Program-made: the position numbers and the translations under genes
Sequence record: ON169962.1
Length of the DNA: 32,000 nucleotides
Strand: one strand, 5' to 3'
Source: Salmonella phage BRM 13313
Shown here: one piece after another, positions 17,986 to 27,435 of the stretch
Numbering within the stretch: the stretch's first letter is position 1
How the letters are laid out: each line of letters begins with the position of its first letter
Notes under the pieces: generated by a model
What the model was told of the DNA's origin: nothing
What the model saw: the letters and a program-made list of their open reading frames with translations, nothing else
The model's database searches: none

Positions 17986-19095
17986 TTAAAACAAACGTTT
18001 ATAAGTTCGACCATTGTACTGCATGCGGCCTAATATGAAAACTGCGGTAAATGGGATACATCCAAACAGCACGACGATAATCACTTCCCAAGTTTTAAGA
18101 TCTCGCCATTTCAGATACTCCATTTCCTTCATTTCAACGCGGTTATAGCCTTTGCTTATATTGACTGCAACTTCTTGGAATACTGATATCCCCATGGGTT
18201 TGCCAGTCAATGAAAGACCGTTTCGGGAATGAAGTTCCATGTTATTCATCCCATCAGCAAATGACGTGGATTTACCCCAATTGATTTTCATATCCTTCGA
18301 TATGTCAGTAACCACAATGACATCGTTCTTTTTACCACCAGACCATGCATATAGCAGCCCCTGAAAATATTCCACAGGCTGGCCAGAAGTCACTACCCAC
18401 ACGATATTGACCTGACGTGATGCCCCCAATGTTTTCAAAGTGTTGTTCAGATAATCATTCCAATAATCAACGGGAATATCCATCCCTGACATATTCAAAA
18501 CACGGGTTACTCGGTAATAATCATACACCCTCGGATATGACGGGATATGATCTTTGAACTTCTCAGCGAATTGCTGGTCAGATTTAGAGAATAATGAATC
18601 TTTGTTGCCCAGCACATAATTCATATATGAATGTTCACGTGCCGCAGGTTCCCCGATTTTAACTTGTGCCCAACGCGGAGGCTCTGTAGTACCCTGACGA
18701 TCAATACGGTCAATGCTCAGATCACCGACGGTTGTTAATACGTCCCAATCAACGTCATAAGAGTGCTCATAGCACGTGCTGCAATGACGCGTTTGTGTAC
18801 AAGATCGGTTATTTCCTGAACCAGAGCAAGAAGTTGTGTAATAGCACATACATTCATAAGAATGTTCACAACCCACCTTATTCCGTTGCTTATCAGTTAC
18901 ATATCCATTCAGGATTTCCACGTCCCCAGAACTACCAAGGGAGAAAGCAGCATATAATCCCGACTGGATAAGGCAAGACAATACGATAACAATGGCCGTG
19001 GCGATCAAAGTCTCCTTTGGCTCATGAGTCTTGCGGTGATATATCACAAACAAGATGGCCAAAATTACAGGAACCACAAACAGAAGGTAAATCAT
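17986..19095 (-). CDS. multi-TM protein with Cys-rich domain
   Basis: Two N-terminal TMs, C-terminal TM, Cys cluster GCEHSYECMCYYTTSCSGSGNNRSCTQTRHCSTCYEHSYDVDWDV. Confidence 0.75.
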   Translation of the reverse strand: MIYLLFVVPVILAILFVIYHRKTHEPKETLIATAIVIVLSCLIQSGLYAAFSLGSSGDVEILNGYVTDKQRNKVGCEHSYECMCYYTTSCSGSGNNRSCTQTRHCSTCYEHSYDVDWDVLTTVGDLSIDRIDRQGTTEPPRWAQVKIGEPAAREHSYMNYVLGNKDSLFSKSDQQFAEKFKDHIPSYPRVYDYYRVTRVLNMSGMDIPVDYWNDYLNNTLKTLGASRQVNIVWVVTSGQPVEYFQGLLYAWSGGKKNDVIVVTDISKDMKINWGKSTSFADGMNNMELHSRNGLSLTGKPMGISVFQEVAVNISKGYNRVEMKEMEYLKWRDLKTWEVIIVVLFGCIPFTAVFILGRMQYNGRTYKRLF

Positions 19096-19478
19096 AACAC
19101 ACCATCCACGAGTTGTTCCTTCGTCATACCAAGAAGTTGATTTTTATGCTCAGATTTAGCCCCATTTTTCAACAACAGATCCCAACGTTCTTCATGATAC
19201 TGTGGAGTCATTGCATCGTCAAAAGAAACATGGTGGAGATGCATAATTGTTGCAACGGTATGAAGAACGATTGCTGTTGCTCTTTTTAAAGCACGTGTAT
19301 CCGTGATATGGTCTTCATATTCGATTCCCATCAAATCGAGTTCTTTTCGGATATATGCTATAGACAAATCACCTTCAGAATGCAATTTAACAATAGTCGC
19401 TTTCTTAGGATGTAACACGCCGTCTGTTTCTTTCATGAACAGATCGTACAGGTACTGTTTGTATTCGGACTGTGTCAT
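19092..19478 (-). CDS. hypothetical protein
   Basis: 128 aa ORF, ATGA-type overlaps on both sides. Confidence 0.65.
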   Translation of the reverse strand: MTQSEYKQYLYDLFMKETDGVLHPKKATIVKLHSEGDLSIAYIRKELDLMGIEYEDHITDTRALKRATAIVLHTVATIMHLHHVSFDDAMTPQYHEERWDLLLKNGAKSEHKNQLLGMTKEQLVDGVL

Positions 19479-19687
19479 TTAGATTCTCCCATGACGATAA
19501 CAGGAGCGCCATTACGGAAACAACTATATTCTGCAGGAAGACCTTCGCGAACCTTCTGGGCGAACGCTTCAGAAACAACCAAACGACCAACCAGAGGTTC
19601 TTTTTGTTTTGGGGTGGACTCAAAGTAATCACCAAAAGTCGCTTCCATATCGAGCACAGACATGTCTTCAATTCGTTGCATTGCCAT
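19475..19687 (-). CDS. hypothetical protein
   Basis: 70 aa ORF in the operon. Confidence 0.6.
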   Translation of the reverse strand: MAMQRIEDMSVLDMEATFGDYFESTPKQKEPLVGRLVVSEAFAQKVREGLPAEYSCFRNGAPVIVMGESK

Positions 19688-19698
19688 GATATAGGACC

Positions 19699-19890
19699 TC
19701 AGTATAATTTCGTATAAACTTGTTTAACGCCAATATCGGCAGGAGCTGTGCTCTGCTGCATATTATAGAATGCCAAATCTGCTTGTTCTTTGTTTTCAAA
19801 ATCAACTACAACTGTGTGTACTGATATTGCTTCACCCTGTCCATAAGCATAACAACGGCTGGTGACCAATATTTTGTATTGAGGTGTCAT
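19699..19890 (-). CDS. hypothetical protein
   Basis: 63 aa ORF, GGTG/TGAGG-like upstream region. Confidence 0.5.
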   Translation of the reverse strand: MTPQYKILVTSRCYAYGQGEAISVHTVVVDFENKEQADLAFYNMQQSTAPADIGVKQVYTKLY

Positions 19891-19911
19891 AAAATCAATC
19901 CTTGCAAAAAG

Positions 19912-19947
19912 AAAGGGGAACGGGCTAATAATAACCCATTCCCCTTT
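19912..19947 (-). terminator. terminator AAAGGGGAAtGGG...CCCgTTCCCCTTT-CTTTTT
   Basis: Long inverted repeat with T tail on the minus strand, 26 nt after the stop of the short gene at 19973. Confidence 0.85.
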
Positions 19948-19972
19948 ATTGAAGAACGCAATCGCAATCAGA

Positions 19973-20140
19973 TTACTTTTTCTTCAGCTCGTCCAGTTTG
20001 GCTTCGATTTGTTCCAGGATGTCTTTACCCTTCTGAACAATCACTTCACCGTCTTGCGCGTGTTTGCGAAAGACCAGAGCGCCAGCGATGAAGCCGACAA
20101 CCACACCAGGAAGCGCATAAACCAACAGATCTTGTAACAT
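19973..20140 (-). CDS. 55-aa membrane protein MLQDLLVYALPGVVVGFIAGALVFRKHAQDGEVIVQKGKDILEQIEAKLDELKKK
   Basis: Read from sequence; absent from the ORF track. SD GAGG 8 nt before ATG, followed by a terminator. Confidence 0.75.
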   Translation of the reverse strand: MLQDLLVYALPGVVVGFIAGALVFRKHAQDGEVIVQKGKDILEQIEAKLDELKKK

Positions 20141-20143
20141 GAT

Positions 20144-20171
20144 AATATCCTCACTTTATAGCGAGGATATT
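20144..20171 (-). promoter_or_regulatory. RNA hairpin AATATCCTC-(10 nt)-GAGGATATT covering the SD of the 55-aa gene
   Basis: Perfect 9 bp inverted repeat; the 3' arm contains the GAGG Shine-Dalgarno. Confidence 0.5.
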
Positions 20172-20175
20172 TATA

Positions 20176-21417
20176 TCAGCGTTTCAAGAGTGTCATGAGG
20201 TTCACACTTTTAGAAGGATACACAGTACCATTTCGGCTCATGGTGTCCAATTTACCAACTGACAAACAAACCTCAGACGGTTCCCAACGTGTACCCTGCT
20301 GTAAATGCCAGATATGTAGAGGAACACCCGTCTCAAAGAACACGGGCATCTTCCACTTCTGGACGCCTGGAACGTGCCCTGCAGGAGCCTTCTCACATAA
20401 CAGGGTATCTGGTAGCCAGAGGGAACGGGCTTCCCAGAGAGGCGCACAGGAGTATTCAGGCCAAATACGCTCCATATAATCGATCTCGTCCCATGTACGC
20501 TCGGCGTCCCACCCGATGTAACGGGTATTCTTCAGTCGGAAGAATTTCTTCAGCCAACAAGCACCGGAGGTCTCAAAGTTCAGACGATTGATAAACGTGA
20601 TGTGGCCGAACTCTTCAACGCATTCCTGAAATGCTTTCTCAAGGTCGGTTTCGAGTATATCACATTCTTCGTCTGTAATAGGACAACCGTTGATCTTTTT
20701 CTTCCCGTGCTTGGTCACCCAATCATCACGGTTGGATAAGAACGCCGCGCCGTTACGATTGGATTCGCTACCATCACGGTCACGCAACATGAACCCAGGG
20801 ACGTCAATGGTGTATTCATCTCCGAAGACCATGTTCAGAGCTTCCAGGAAGTTCCAGGCGCTCAGGCGGCCGAAGTATTTCCAGGACATCGCCGTGTCCC
20901 ACAACTGGGTGAATTGTTCCGCCTTATCAATACACACCAACATCTCACGGAAAGCGTCATATTGAGTACGGCCAGCCAGCCAGTCAATGTAGGACTGAAC
21001 GCACGGAATCATCTTCGACTTGCGGTAGCGGCAGTCGGTATCGAAGCGCATGCGTTCAAAGTTCAGGTTGTACCAATCACAGAAGCGCTGCATCTCTTCT
21101 TTGGATTGAGGAGGCACAGGAAACTCGCTGTAGATCGTCCATGGACCGATGGCGTTGTAGCAACACCCCCACAGGAATGCCATCCAGATCTTACGTTCTA
21201 CTTTCTGAGCAAGACTGATGCCTTCTGTAACCTCGATGGCATAATCCATCAGACGGACTTGCTGGTTATGCTCTTCAGTGTAGGATAGCGCCTCCACCCA
21301 TGCCTTGAGCAGGTACATGCGATTTTCTGGCTTACGATAATCTACTGCCAGATCAATCGGGTATTTCCATTTTTCAGGGGCTTTATACCCCTGCGGCATT
21401 TTAGACAGATGCGTCAT
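20176..21417 (-). CDS. probable aGPT-Pplase/amino acid:DNA transferase-like protein of thymidine hypermodification
   Basis: Motifs GPWTIYSEF, FGRLSAWNFLEAL and LRDRDGSESNRNGAAFL resemble the DNA-glycosylase-derived aGPT-Pplase clades of ViI-type phages. The 5-hmdU kinase-like gene is three genes away. Confidence 0.6.
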   Translation of the reverse strand: MTHLSKMPQGYKAPEKWKYPIDLAVDYRKPENRMYLLKAWVEALSYTEEHNQQVRLMDYAIEVTEGISLAQKVERKIWMAFLWGCCYNAIGPWTIYSEFPVPPQSKEEMQRFCDWYNLNFERMRFDTDCRYRKSKMIPCVQSYIDWLAGRTQYDAFREMLVCIDKAEQFTQLWDTAMSWKYFGRLSAWNFLEALNMVFGDEYTIDVPGFMLRDRDGSESNRNGAAFLSNRDDWVTKHGKKKINGCPITDEECDILETDLEKAFQECVEEFGHITFINRLNFETSGACWLKKFFRLKNTRYIGWDAERTWDEIDYMERIWPEYSCAPLWEARSLWLPDTLLCEKAPAGHVPGVQKWKMPVFFETGVPLHIWHLQQGTRWEPSEVCLSVGKLDTMSRNGTVYPSKSVNLMTLLKR

Positions 21418-21751
21418 CCTTCACCTCGGCTTCGAGTTGGATATCTTCGGGGCTTACTACGGGCTGTCCCAGAGACCAGATAGGCAGGAAACGACGATCA
21501 TTCGTCACCAACCAAATTTGCTTGGCGGTTTTCGTCTTTTCGGAAATAAAATGCTGGGCATTGACCTGGGTACGAGCCAAACCCACTTGACGCCAAGAAC
21601 CGAAATCCTTAGAAGAAGGATTGGTATTCAGTTGAAATTGTGGGACGATTTTATTCTGTTCCGGATAATAACGGACAGCGTTAATCATCTTCGCATCACC
21701 ACGGTAATCAATAGCAACAGCGACAACGTTGCGTGGAATGAGGATTTTCAT
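21401..21751 (-). CDS. hypothetical protein
   Basis: 116 aa ORF overlapping the hypermodification gene start. Confidence 0.65.
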   Translation of the reverse strand: MKILIPRNVVAVAIDYRGDAKMINAVRYYPEQNKIVPQFQLNTNPSSKDFGSWRQVGLARTQVNAQHFISEKTKTAKQIWLVTNDRRFLPIWSLGQPVVSPEDIQLEAEVKDDASV

Positions 21752-21752
21752 T

Positions 21753-21956
21753 TTAATTCCTTTTGAAACTCTGAATTATGTTATAGACGAAAGGCGTTAA
21801 TAAGATAGCACCCCCCAAATAATATAACGCGTAAACGTTCAATATTTCGGTTGAATCCAACTCAACGATGCCCAAATATTTCATGACACCGACAAGCACA
21901 GCTGTGATACACATCACCAATCCGACGAACACAAAATATTTAGACATCTGTTTCAT
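21753..21956 (-). CDS. small membrane protein
   Basis: 67 aa, two hydrophobic segments. Confidence 0.6.
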   Translation of the reverse strand: MKQMSKYFVFVGLVMCITAVLVGVMKYLGIVELDSTEILNVYALYYLGGAILLTPFVYNIIQSFKRN

Positions 21957-21958
21957 TT

Positions 21959-22864
21959 CTAACCCTTACTCAACAGGCCGAGAAGGGATACAGAGGACTT
22001 TGTTACCTCTCCCTTGGCGCTCGCCTTGGTTTTAGATTTGGTCGCCTTCTCAGGGACTCGATGCGCTAGAGGATCATCCCCACCGACTTCACGCGTCATT
22101 GGGTCAGTTTCACAGAATCCGTAGAAATCTTTGATGTCCAGACCCATGGCGTGAAACTCACCACGCATTTGATGATGAATAGCGTTGCCAATCACCCACA
22201 AAGGTGCATCAAACGGCATCATGGCTAATTCGCTATCATTTCCTGTTTTGAATTCTTGAGTGTTTGTAGACGATTGGCGATACAACACGTCTTGACCGCT
22301 GTAATCATTGACCACCACTTCCCAACCCAGCGCCAGCATTTCAGTCTTCGACTTCTCAAACTCCTTGGAGTAAGATTCGTTGCGTGACCAGCCGGAGTCC
22401 CCTGCTTCCTTACCAGAGCGTCCACGGATGCGAGCATCGTACTGATAGCGGTCAGGGTATGCAAAGTACAGCAGTGCCAGTGATTCAATCGGATAGTTCT
22501 TGAACATCCATTCAGGACGCCATTTATCCGACAACATGAGGGGTTCACCCTCGCACACCAAAGTGTAACCCTGAGCCAGCCAGCCTTTGACCAGATCACG
22601 GGCGATATCACCCGAGCCTGTGGCGGCGTGGATGGCGTCCATGGAAGTCCAGGAAGCCAGACCGGATTTGTTGGACACAGTATACTGGCCAACGAAGATT
22701 AACTTCAGCTCTTCGAATTTCAGACCGAATGGGCGCGTCTTGTCACCAATGGTGTAGGTGAGTTCAGTAGGCTCCAGCTTAGTTCGGAGCCATTCGATGA
22801 ACTGGACCACTCTCGTACCCTTGCCCACGCCACTTGTTCCCTTCACTACAATTATTTTAGCCAT
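21959..22864 (-). CDS. 5-hmdU DNA kinase-like P-loop protein
   Basis: Walker A GTSGVGKGTR; family-like GDKTRPFGLKFEELKLIFVGQYTVSNKSGLASWTSMDAIHAATG; C-terminal FDAPLWVIG...MGLDIKDFYGFCETD. Confidence 0.7.
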   Translation of the reverse strand: MAKIIVVKGTSGVGKGTRVVQFIEWLRTKLEPTELTYTIGDKTRPFGLKFEELKLIFVGQYTVSNKSGLASWTSMDAIHAATGSGDIARDLVKGWLAQGYTLVCEGEPLMLSDKWRPEWMFKNYPIESLALLYFAYPDRYQYDARIRGRSGKEAGDSGWSRNESYSKEFEKSKTEMLALGWEVVVNDYSGQDVLYRQSSTNTQEFKTGNDSELAMMPFDAPLWVIGNAIHHQMRGEFHAMGLDIKDFYGFCETDPMTREVGGDDPLAHRVPEKATKSKTKASAKGEVTKSSVSLLGLLSKG

Positions 22865-23169
22865 TATGCATCTTCCTCAATACGCCAGCTCACACCGCCC
22901 ATCCATGGTGCCCAGAACACAGCAACCTGTGGGCGGCCATTCTCTTCAAACTTCACTTTATACTGGTCGTCGAAGTTATAGAAAATTTCATCGTCATCTG
23001 GTGCCATACCGTTTTCTATCAGAACACGCTTTAACTCCAGCGCCGCACCAACGGAAGTGGGTGTGGTTTGTTTACGAATGAAGTTGTTCACATGGATAAT
23101 AACGCCATCCATATCGCTATCACCGGAACGCTTGTCTGGGGTTTCCCCAAACTTGGATTGTTCTTGCAC
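22864..23169 (-). CDS. hypothetical protein
   Basis: GTG start at 23169 with strong SD GAGGAGG 5 nt upstream, preferred to the TTG at 23205. Confidence 0.65.
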   Translation of the reverse strand: MQEQSKFGETPDKRSGDSDMDGVIIHVNNFIRKQTTPTSVGAALELKRVLIENGMAPDDDEIFYNFDDQYKVKFEENGRPQVAVFWAPWMGGVSWRIEEDA

Positions 23170-23179
23170 GATGTCCTCC

Positions 23180-23962
23180 TCAATGGATGTATTGATAATG
23201 GCCAATCAGGCGGTTCACCACTTCGACAATATTGCGGTTCAGGAAGTCGAAGTGGTTCTGGCCTTCTACTGGTTTAATATAAAGCATATCTTCCGAGTTC
23301 GAAAGATCCAGTTTTTCATAATTTCCCTGAGGAACAAAGATGACAAAAATATTGTTCATCGCACAGGGTTCAACGTATTTCGGGTTATCATCAATTAAAA
23401 CATCACCTGCCAAAAGATGCTTTTCGTCGGTGCTGACAAACCCGTTGAAGATGCCAGGGAACTTGTCATAGACAAACTGGCGCTTGCTGCGCTCGTGTTC
23501 TGGCTCACACTTAGATACTGCGATCAATTCAACATTTTCAAAGTCTTCGAGAAGGATCTTCTTCAGATTCACCAGGAACTCGTAAGCGCCTGGAAGCGGG
23601 TTCATCTTGGCATACAGGTCCGGCATGCGCCACCAATCCATAGGATCACGTCCTGTAGGTGAATCCATCCATTGACCAGCAACAAACACACGGCGCGTCA
23701 ACCATGCTGGGTGAGCGCGTTCCCGCATGAGGATCGCCAAATCACCAGCATGAGCCATATAGCACTCTTTGGTGATACGCTGGAAATCATTGGGATAATC
23801 ATGACAACCCATGTTTTCAGCAGCAGCTTTTGAATTGGAAATATTAAACCAATCCACCCAAGGGGAGAGGCTATCAACCAAAGTCAAGTCTACGTCTACC
23901 AGGATACGATACATTCCACCGATTTTAGAATTGGCATCATACAGACCAACATGATTATTCAT
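23180..23962 (-). CDS. HAD-like phosphatase / 5' nucleotidase-like protein
   Basis: LVDVDLTLVDS (DxDxT), VELIAVSKC, DVLIDDNPKYV. ATG at 23962 has GGAG 7 nt upstream; the ATG at 23914 is an alternative. Confidence 0.65.
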   Translation of the reverse strand: MNNHVGLYDANSKIGGMYRILVDVDLTLVDSLSPWVDWFNISNSKAAAENMGCHDYPNDFQRITKECYMAHAGDLAILMRERAHPAWLTRRVFVAGQWMDSPTGRDPMDWWRMPDLYAKMNPLPGAYEFLVNLKKILLEDFENVELIAVSKCEPEHERSKRQFVYDKFPGIFNGFVSTDEKHLLAGDVLIDDNPKYVEPCAMNNIFVIFVPQGNYEKLDLSNSEDMLYIKPVEGQNHFDFLNRNIVEVVNRLIGHYQYIH

Positions 23963-24299
23963 CAGACTTCTCCACTTGATCATAACCAGTTGCGGTGCAT
24001 TGCTCTTCTGTGCAATCTGCATACAGAACCACAGAAGATTCCTTCACGTAAGTGGTACAGTGATAGGTTTCATCTTCCTGGATGGAATCGTCATAATTGC
24101 AAACAGTTTGCAACGGACCAGGAGTGGTGTTATCTAACGCAGCATGTGCCTTGATGGTGTCTTCCATCTTATTCACCGCTTGCTGATTGGTGAACGTCGG
24201 CGCATCGAGGTCAACAGTAGACGCAACGTCCAGAAGGGTAGAGCATGCAGTGGTAGAGAAAGCCAGAGCACACACCAGAAGAATCTTATTGAGTTTCAT
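23955..24299 (-). CDS. small lipoprotein
   Basis: MKLNKILLVCALAFSTTACS signal peptide with lipobox-like Cys; start at ATG 24299. Confidence 0.7.
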   Translation of the reverse strand: MKLNKILLVCALAFSTTACSTLLDVASTVDLDAPTFTNQQAVNKMEDTIKAHAALDNTTPGPLQTVCNYDDSIQEDETYHCTTYVKESSVVLYADCTEEQCTATGYDQVEKSDE

Positions 24300-24326
24300 A
24301 ACAATACCTGTTGTCAAAGGGATAAC

Positions 24327-24346
24327 AGGGGGAATTATATCCCCCT
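24327..24346 (-). terminator. GC-rich hairpin AGGGGG...CCCCCT after DNA polymerase gene
   Basis: 6 bp G/C stem in the intergenic gap; weak T tail on the minus strand. Confidence 0.5.
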
Positions 24347-24359
24347 TTGGTTTATTGAA

Positions 24360-27356
24360 TCAACCTTTCTTGCCCATCATGGACAACAGATTAACTCGAC
24401 GTTTATGAGACCAACCAACCACATCCAAGATAGACTGAATTGGCTCTATAAAGGTCTTTTCAAACGTGGTGTGGTAATCCACCCATTTATCCAATCCCAA
24501 TTCTGGAGGAAGGAAGTCAGGGAAGGCTATGCGATCATTCCCCACAGGATTGCCAGGTTTCAGGTTGATGATTTTAACCTTATCGCCAGATTCGATAGGG
24601 GGAAGACCGAGATCTTCGTGCTTATCGATCAGCTTGTTGTACATAATACAAGCCTTGGCAGCAAAGTGCGTACCGCTGATGTAATTCCCGTTCGCGTCTA
24701 ACCACTTCTCAATATCGCTCACACCAGATGCCTGAGCGATATCATCCACGGTGAGTTCCATATATTCCTTTTTGTATCCAGCGATTAATTCCTGAACCTC
24801 TGCCTCAGTACCGAGCAGGACTTTCTCATAACATTTAACCAGACGCTCACGACACCACTCAGGAGTGGTTGATTTACGCGCTTCCAAACCTTTGAATTTG
24901 ATCTTTGGCTTCTCATACTTGATGCCTTCGCTATCGTATACTGCCATGCAATACATCTTCTTGGCTCGCCATACAGCAGACGATGCGATGACCTCACGTT
25001 CCCAGACCATGCGCTGCTCAAACCCGTTCATGGTATTACACAACAACTGCGCCCATTCACTGGTTTTTGGCTGGTAATTCTCTTTGATCCATTGGTCAAT
25101 GTTATCAACGAGTTTGTGATGGTCCTTTTCTTCAGGCCACAATTGCTTGACCAGGCGTTCAATGCAAATGTAGTTGGAGTCTGTATCACCTGCGATAACA
25201 AAATCCTGACCAGTGGTGCCACAAAGTTTGTTCAGATAATCATCAGTGTGGCGTTTGTTCCATTTATTGATCAGCTGGCCGGAAGTGGTAATTGCTTCAG
25301 CGATGTTGATGTTGAAGTATTCTTTAAACCAGACGTTAGAAATTGCACCATATCCTGCGTTCATCAAGATCTTCAGACCTTGTTGTAACGTATCTTGGGC
25401 AACTCCCAAATCTTCCCACTTGTGCATGACTTCAGTCAGGTGATCAAGGTCGATATGCTTGTGTTCTTCATACCATTCAGGATCGTAGAAACGAGACTTC
25501 ATGGCAGATTCAAGGTGGAAATCACCTTTAGACATTTCCTTACACCAACCAGCCCATTGCTCATACTTCAGACCAGTTGCTTTCTCTCCTTTACGGTCAG
25601 CGTATATGCCTCGCATAATTTCGGAAAGGAAAGACATCTTCTCATTACTGAAGAATTGAACGTTCGGGGTAAACGAAACGTTATATCGACGTAATGTTTC
25701 AAAATGGAATTCACCCAGCGCGACCAATTCATCAACAACTTGTATGCGTTCATCAATAGCACGCTGCAGCTTGTCGTGAAGATTTTTGAGATGACGGCGC
25801 TTGTTCATAGGCGTTGTCATATCATTCATCGCTTTGGTCAATTCTTCACACATGGACTCAATGATATCGCGACGTGTGTGCTTGTCAGAAACGATAGTCT
25901 CAGGACCAAGGTTGTATTGCTGTATGATGTGGGGATACAGGGAGTTTAAGTCCTCAGAGAATACCCAGAAATATATCCCTGGTGCAACCTCCATGACATA
26001 TGCGCCTTCAAAGTCCGTTGGACCATCATATACACGCTGTATTTTAGGGACAATCCCCTTTTCATAAAGACGATAGTAACACATCGCCAGCCATGGTGCT
26101 ACAGTCCCAAGACCGTCTTCATAGTTAGATTTGGTGCGATACGCCAATACGAACATCAGCTGTATCAAACGCAGCTTTTGTTCTAAACGCCACACGAGTT
26201 TGACGTCTTTGATACCATATCGGGTGTGTTTGCAATAATCATTAAAATATAGATCATACAATGACTTGCTTTCACTATAATCCAACTTCTTCTCACCGAG
26301 TTCACAATAAGCGATCCAATCCAGTGAGTATTTTTCGCGGGTTGTGTACGTGTGTTTCTTGTAAACTTGCATGTAGTCCATCATAGGACAACCCACGAAT
26401 TGATAAGAAGTCACGTCGCCTTTACGGTCTTTGATGAAACGTTTCTTGAGTTTGCCCCAAGGACTGAGACGCTCTGCCTGAGTTTCACCGAGAACCTGCG
26501 TAATACGTTCAACCAAGTACGGGCTATCAAACGTTTCGATGTTCCAGCCAGTCCAACCATCAAATTGACGTTCAGACCAATAATCTAAGAAAGCGCGAAG
26601 AAGTTCTTGTTCAGTAGTGTATTCTTTGTATTCAACCTCAAGACCACCTATCTCTTCATCATTTGGATCATATTTGAATTTATGGCGATCCTTAGAGCAC
26701 GGCATACCCCAGACATAGAACTTGTTGGTGTTCATGTCTTGAAGCTGGATGAGCGTAATAGGGAAGGCGGCATTCATGTTCTGTGTGATCTTCCCATTAC
26801 TATCAATAATAGGGAACTGGTCAGTCACGTTGTTGGAAATAAAGGAACCTGGGAAGTGCTCTCGAACGAAATCATGGTTGGCCAACACTTGCTTATGGAA
26901 TCGGCGAACACGCGCCTCGCTCCCCTTAAACGTGTGGGATTCAATCGTCGCGTGAGGAAATGGGCCTTTAGTCATTTCTCCATCGCGCCACCCAGCCGAG
27001 AAAACTTCGATATCCACGTTGGCGATGTGAATATTTGAGTAATCGGGGGTAATCATCCCAGGAAAACTATGCGCTATGAATTGATATGCATAATCCGTTT
27101 GCCCGTAAACGGCAGCGCCTTCGACCTCCTTATATTCCTCCAGATAGTTGTCGGCGTCACGCATTGACGCAAATTTTTTAGACACCAACGGTTCATTGAG
27201 GAGGCCAATCTTTTCAACTTTGGAATAATCGGCTGTGGGTAAATACAAGGTGGGTTCGAATTTCTTACGCAACATACGGCGATTGCCGTTGTCGTCTGCA
27301 ATACGAATCAGAAGGTCGTTACCCTGTCGGGCAACGTTCGTATAGAAAACAGTCAT
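24360..27356 (-). CDS. 43: family B DNA polymerase (T4 gp43-like)
   Basis: Exo I NVDIEVFSAG-like (ANVDIEVF), Exo II GWTGWNIETFDSPYL, motif A SEDLNSLYPHI, motif B-like LMNAGYGAISN, motif C AGDTDSNYICIE. Start at ATG 27356. Confidence 0.93.
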   Translation of the reverse strand: MTVFYTNVARQGNDLLIRIADDNGNRRMLRKKFEPTLYLPTADYSKVEKIGLLNEPLVSKKFASMRDADNYLEEYKEVEGAAVYGQTDYAYQFIAHSFPGMITPDYSNIHIANVDIEVFSAGWRDGEMTKGPFPHATIESHTFKGSEARVRRFHKQVLANHDFVREHFPGSFISNNVTDQFPIIDSNGKITQNMNAAFPITLIQLQDMNTNKFYVWGMPCSKDRHKFKYDPNDEEIGGLEVEYKEYTTEQELLRAFLDYWSERQFDGWTGWNIETFDSPYLVERITQVLGETQAERLSPWGKLKKRFIKDRKGDVTSYQFVGCPMMDYMQVYKKHTYTTREKYSLDWIAYCELGEKKLDYSESKSLYDLYFNDYCKHTRYGIKDVKLVWRLEQKLRLIQLMFVLAYRTKSNYEDGLGTVAPWLAMCYYRLYEKGIVPKIQRVYDGPTDFEGAYVMEVAPGIYFWVFSEDLNSLYPHIIQQYNLGPETIVSDKHTRRDIIESMCEELTKAMNDMTTPMNKRRHLKNLHDKLQRAIDERIQVVDELVALGEFHFETLRRYNVSFTPNVQFFSNEKMSFLSEIMRGIYADRKGEKATGLKYEQWAGWCKEMSKGDFHLESAMKSRFYDPEWYEEHKHIDLDHLTEVMHKWEDLGVAQDTLQQGLKILMNAGYGAISNVWFKEYFNINIAEAITTSGQLINKWNKRHTDDYLNKLCGTTGQDFVIAGDTDSNYICIERLVKQLWPEEKDHHKLVDNIDQWIKENYQPKTSEWAQLLCNTMNGFEQRMVWEREVIASSAVWRAKKMYCMAVYDSEGIKYEKPKIKFKGLEARKSTTPEWCRERLVKCYEKVLLGTEAEVQELIAGYKKEYMELTVDDIAQASGVSDIEKWLDANGNYISGTHFAAKACIMYNKLIDKHEDLGLPPIESGDKVKIINLKPGNPVGNDRIAFPDFLPPELGLDKWVDYHTTFEKTFIEPIQSILDVVGWSHKRRVNLLSMMGKKG

Positions 27357-27366
27357 TGTTTGTCTC

Positions 27367-27390
27367 CGGTTAACCGTGCCGTTAGCACGT
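27367..27390. promoter_or_regulatory. palindrome CGGTTAACCG and adjacent hairpin CGTGC-CGTTA-GCACG in the divergent gap
   Basis: Two dyad elements between the divergently transcribed polymerase and holin-like genes. Confidence 0.35.
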
Positions 27391-27435
27391 CCCCGTAATT
27401 TAGCCGAGGAACGTTCAATGACCAAGGAGTTTATT

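Noticed and set aside
19949-20137. 62-aa plus-strand ORF
   Set aside because: Antisense to the 55-aa membrane-protein gene, which has an SD and terminator.
21938-21946. TATTTAG (minus-strand CTAAATA) near 21940
   Set aside because: Lies within the first codons of the 21753-21956 gene, so probably chance rather than a late promoter.
22225-22692. 155-aa minus-strand ORF in another frame of the kinase-like gene
   Set aside because: Same-strand overlap with a strongly family-like protein; composition looks like frame-shifted coding sequence.
24144-24701. 185-aa plus-strand ORF
   Set aside because: Antisense to the polymerase 3' end, a terminator-like hairpin and the lipoprotein gene. No SD, non-protein-like composition.
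26607-27038. 143-aa plus-strand ORF inside the polymerase region
   Set aside because: Fully antisense to conserved exonuclease motifs of the family B polymerase; chance open frame.
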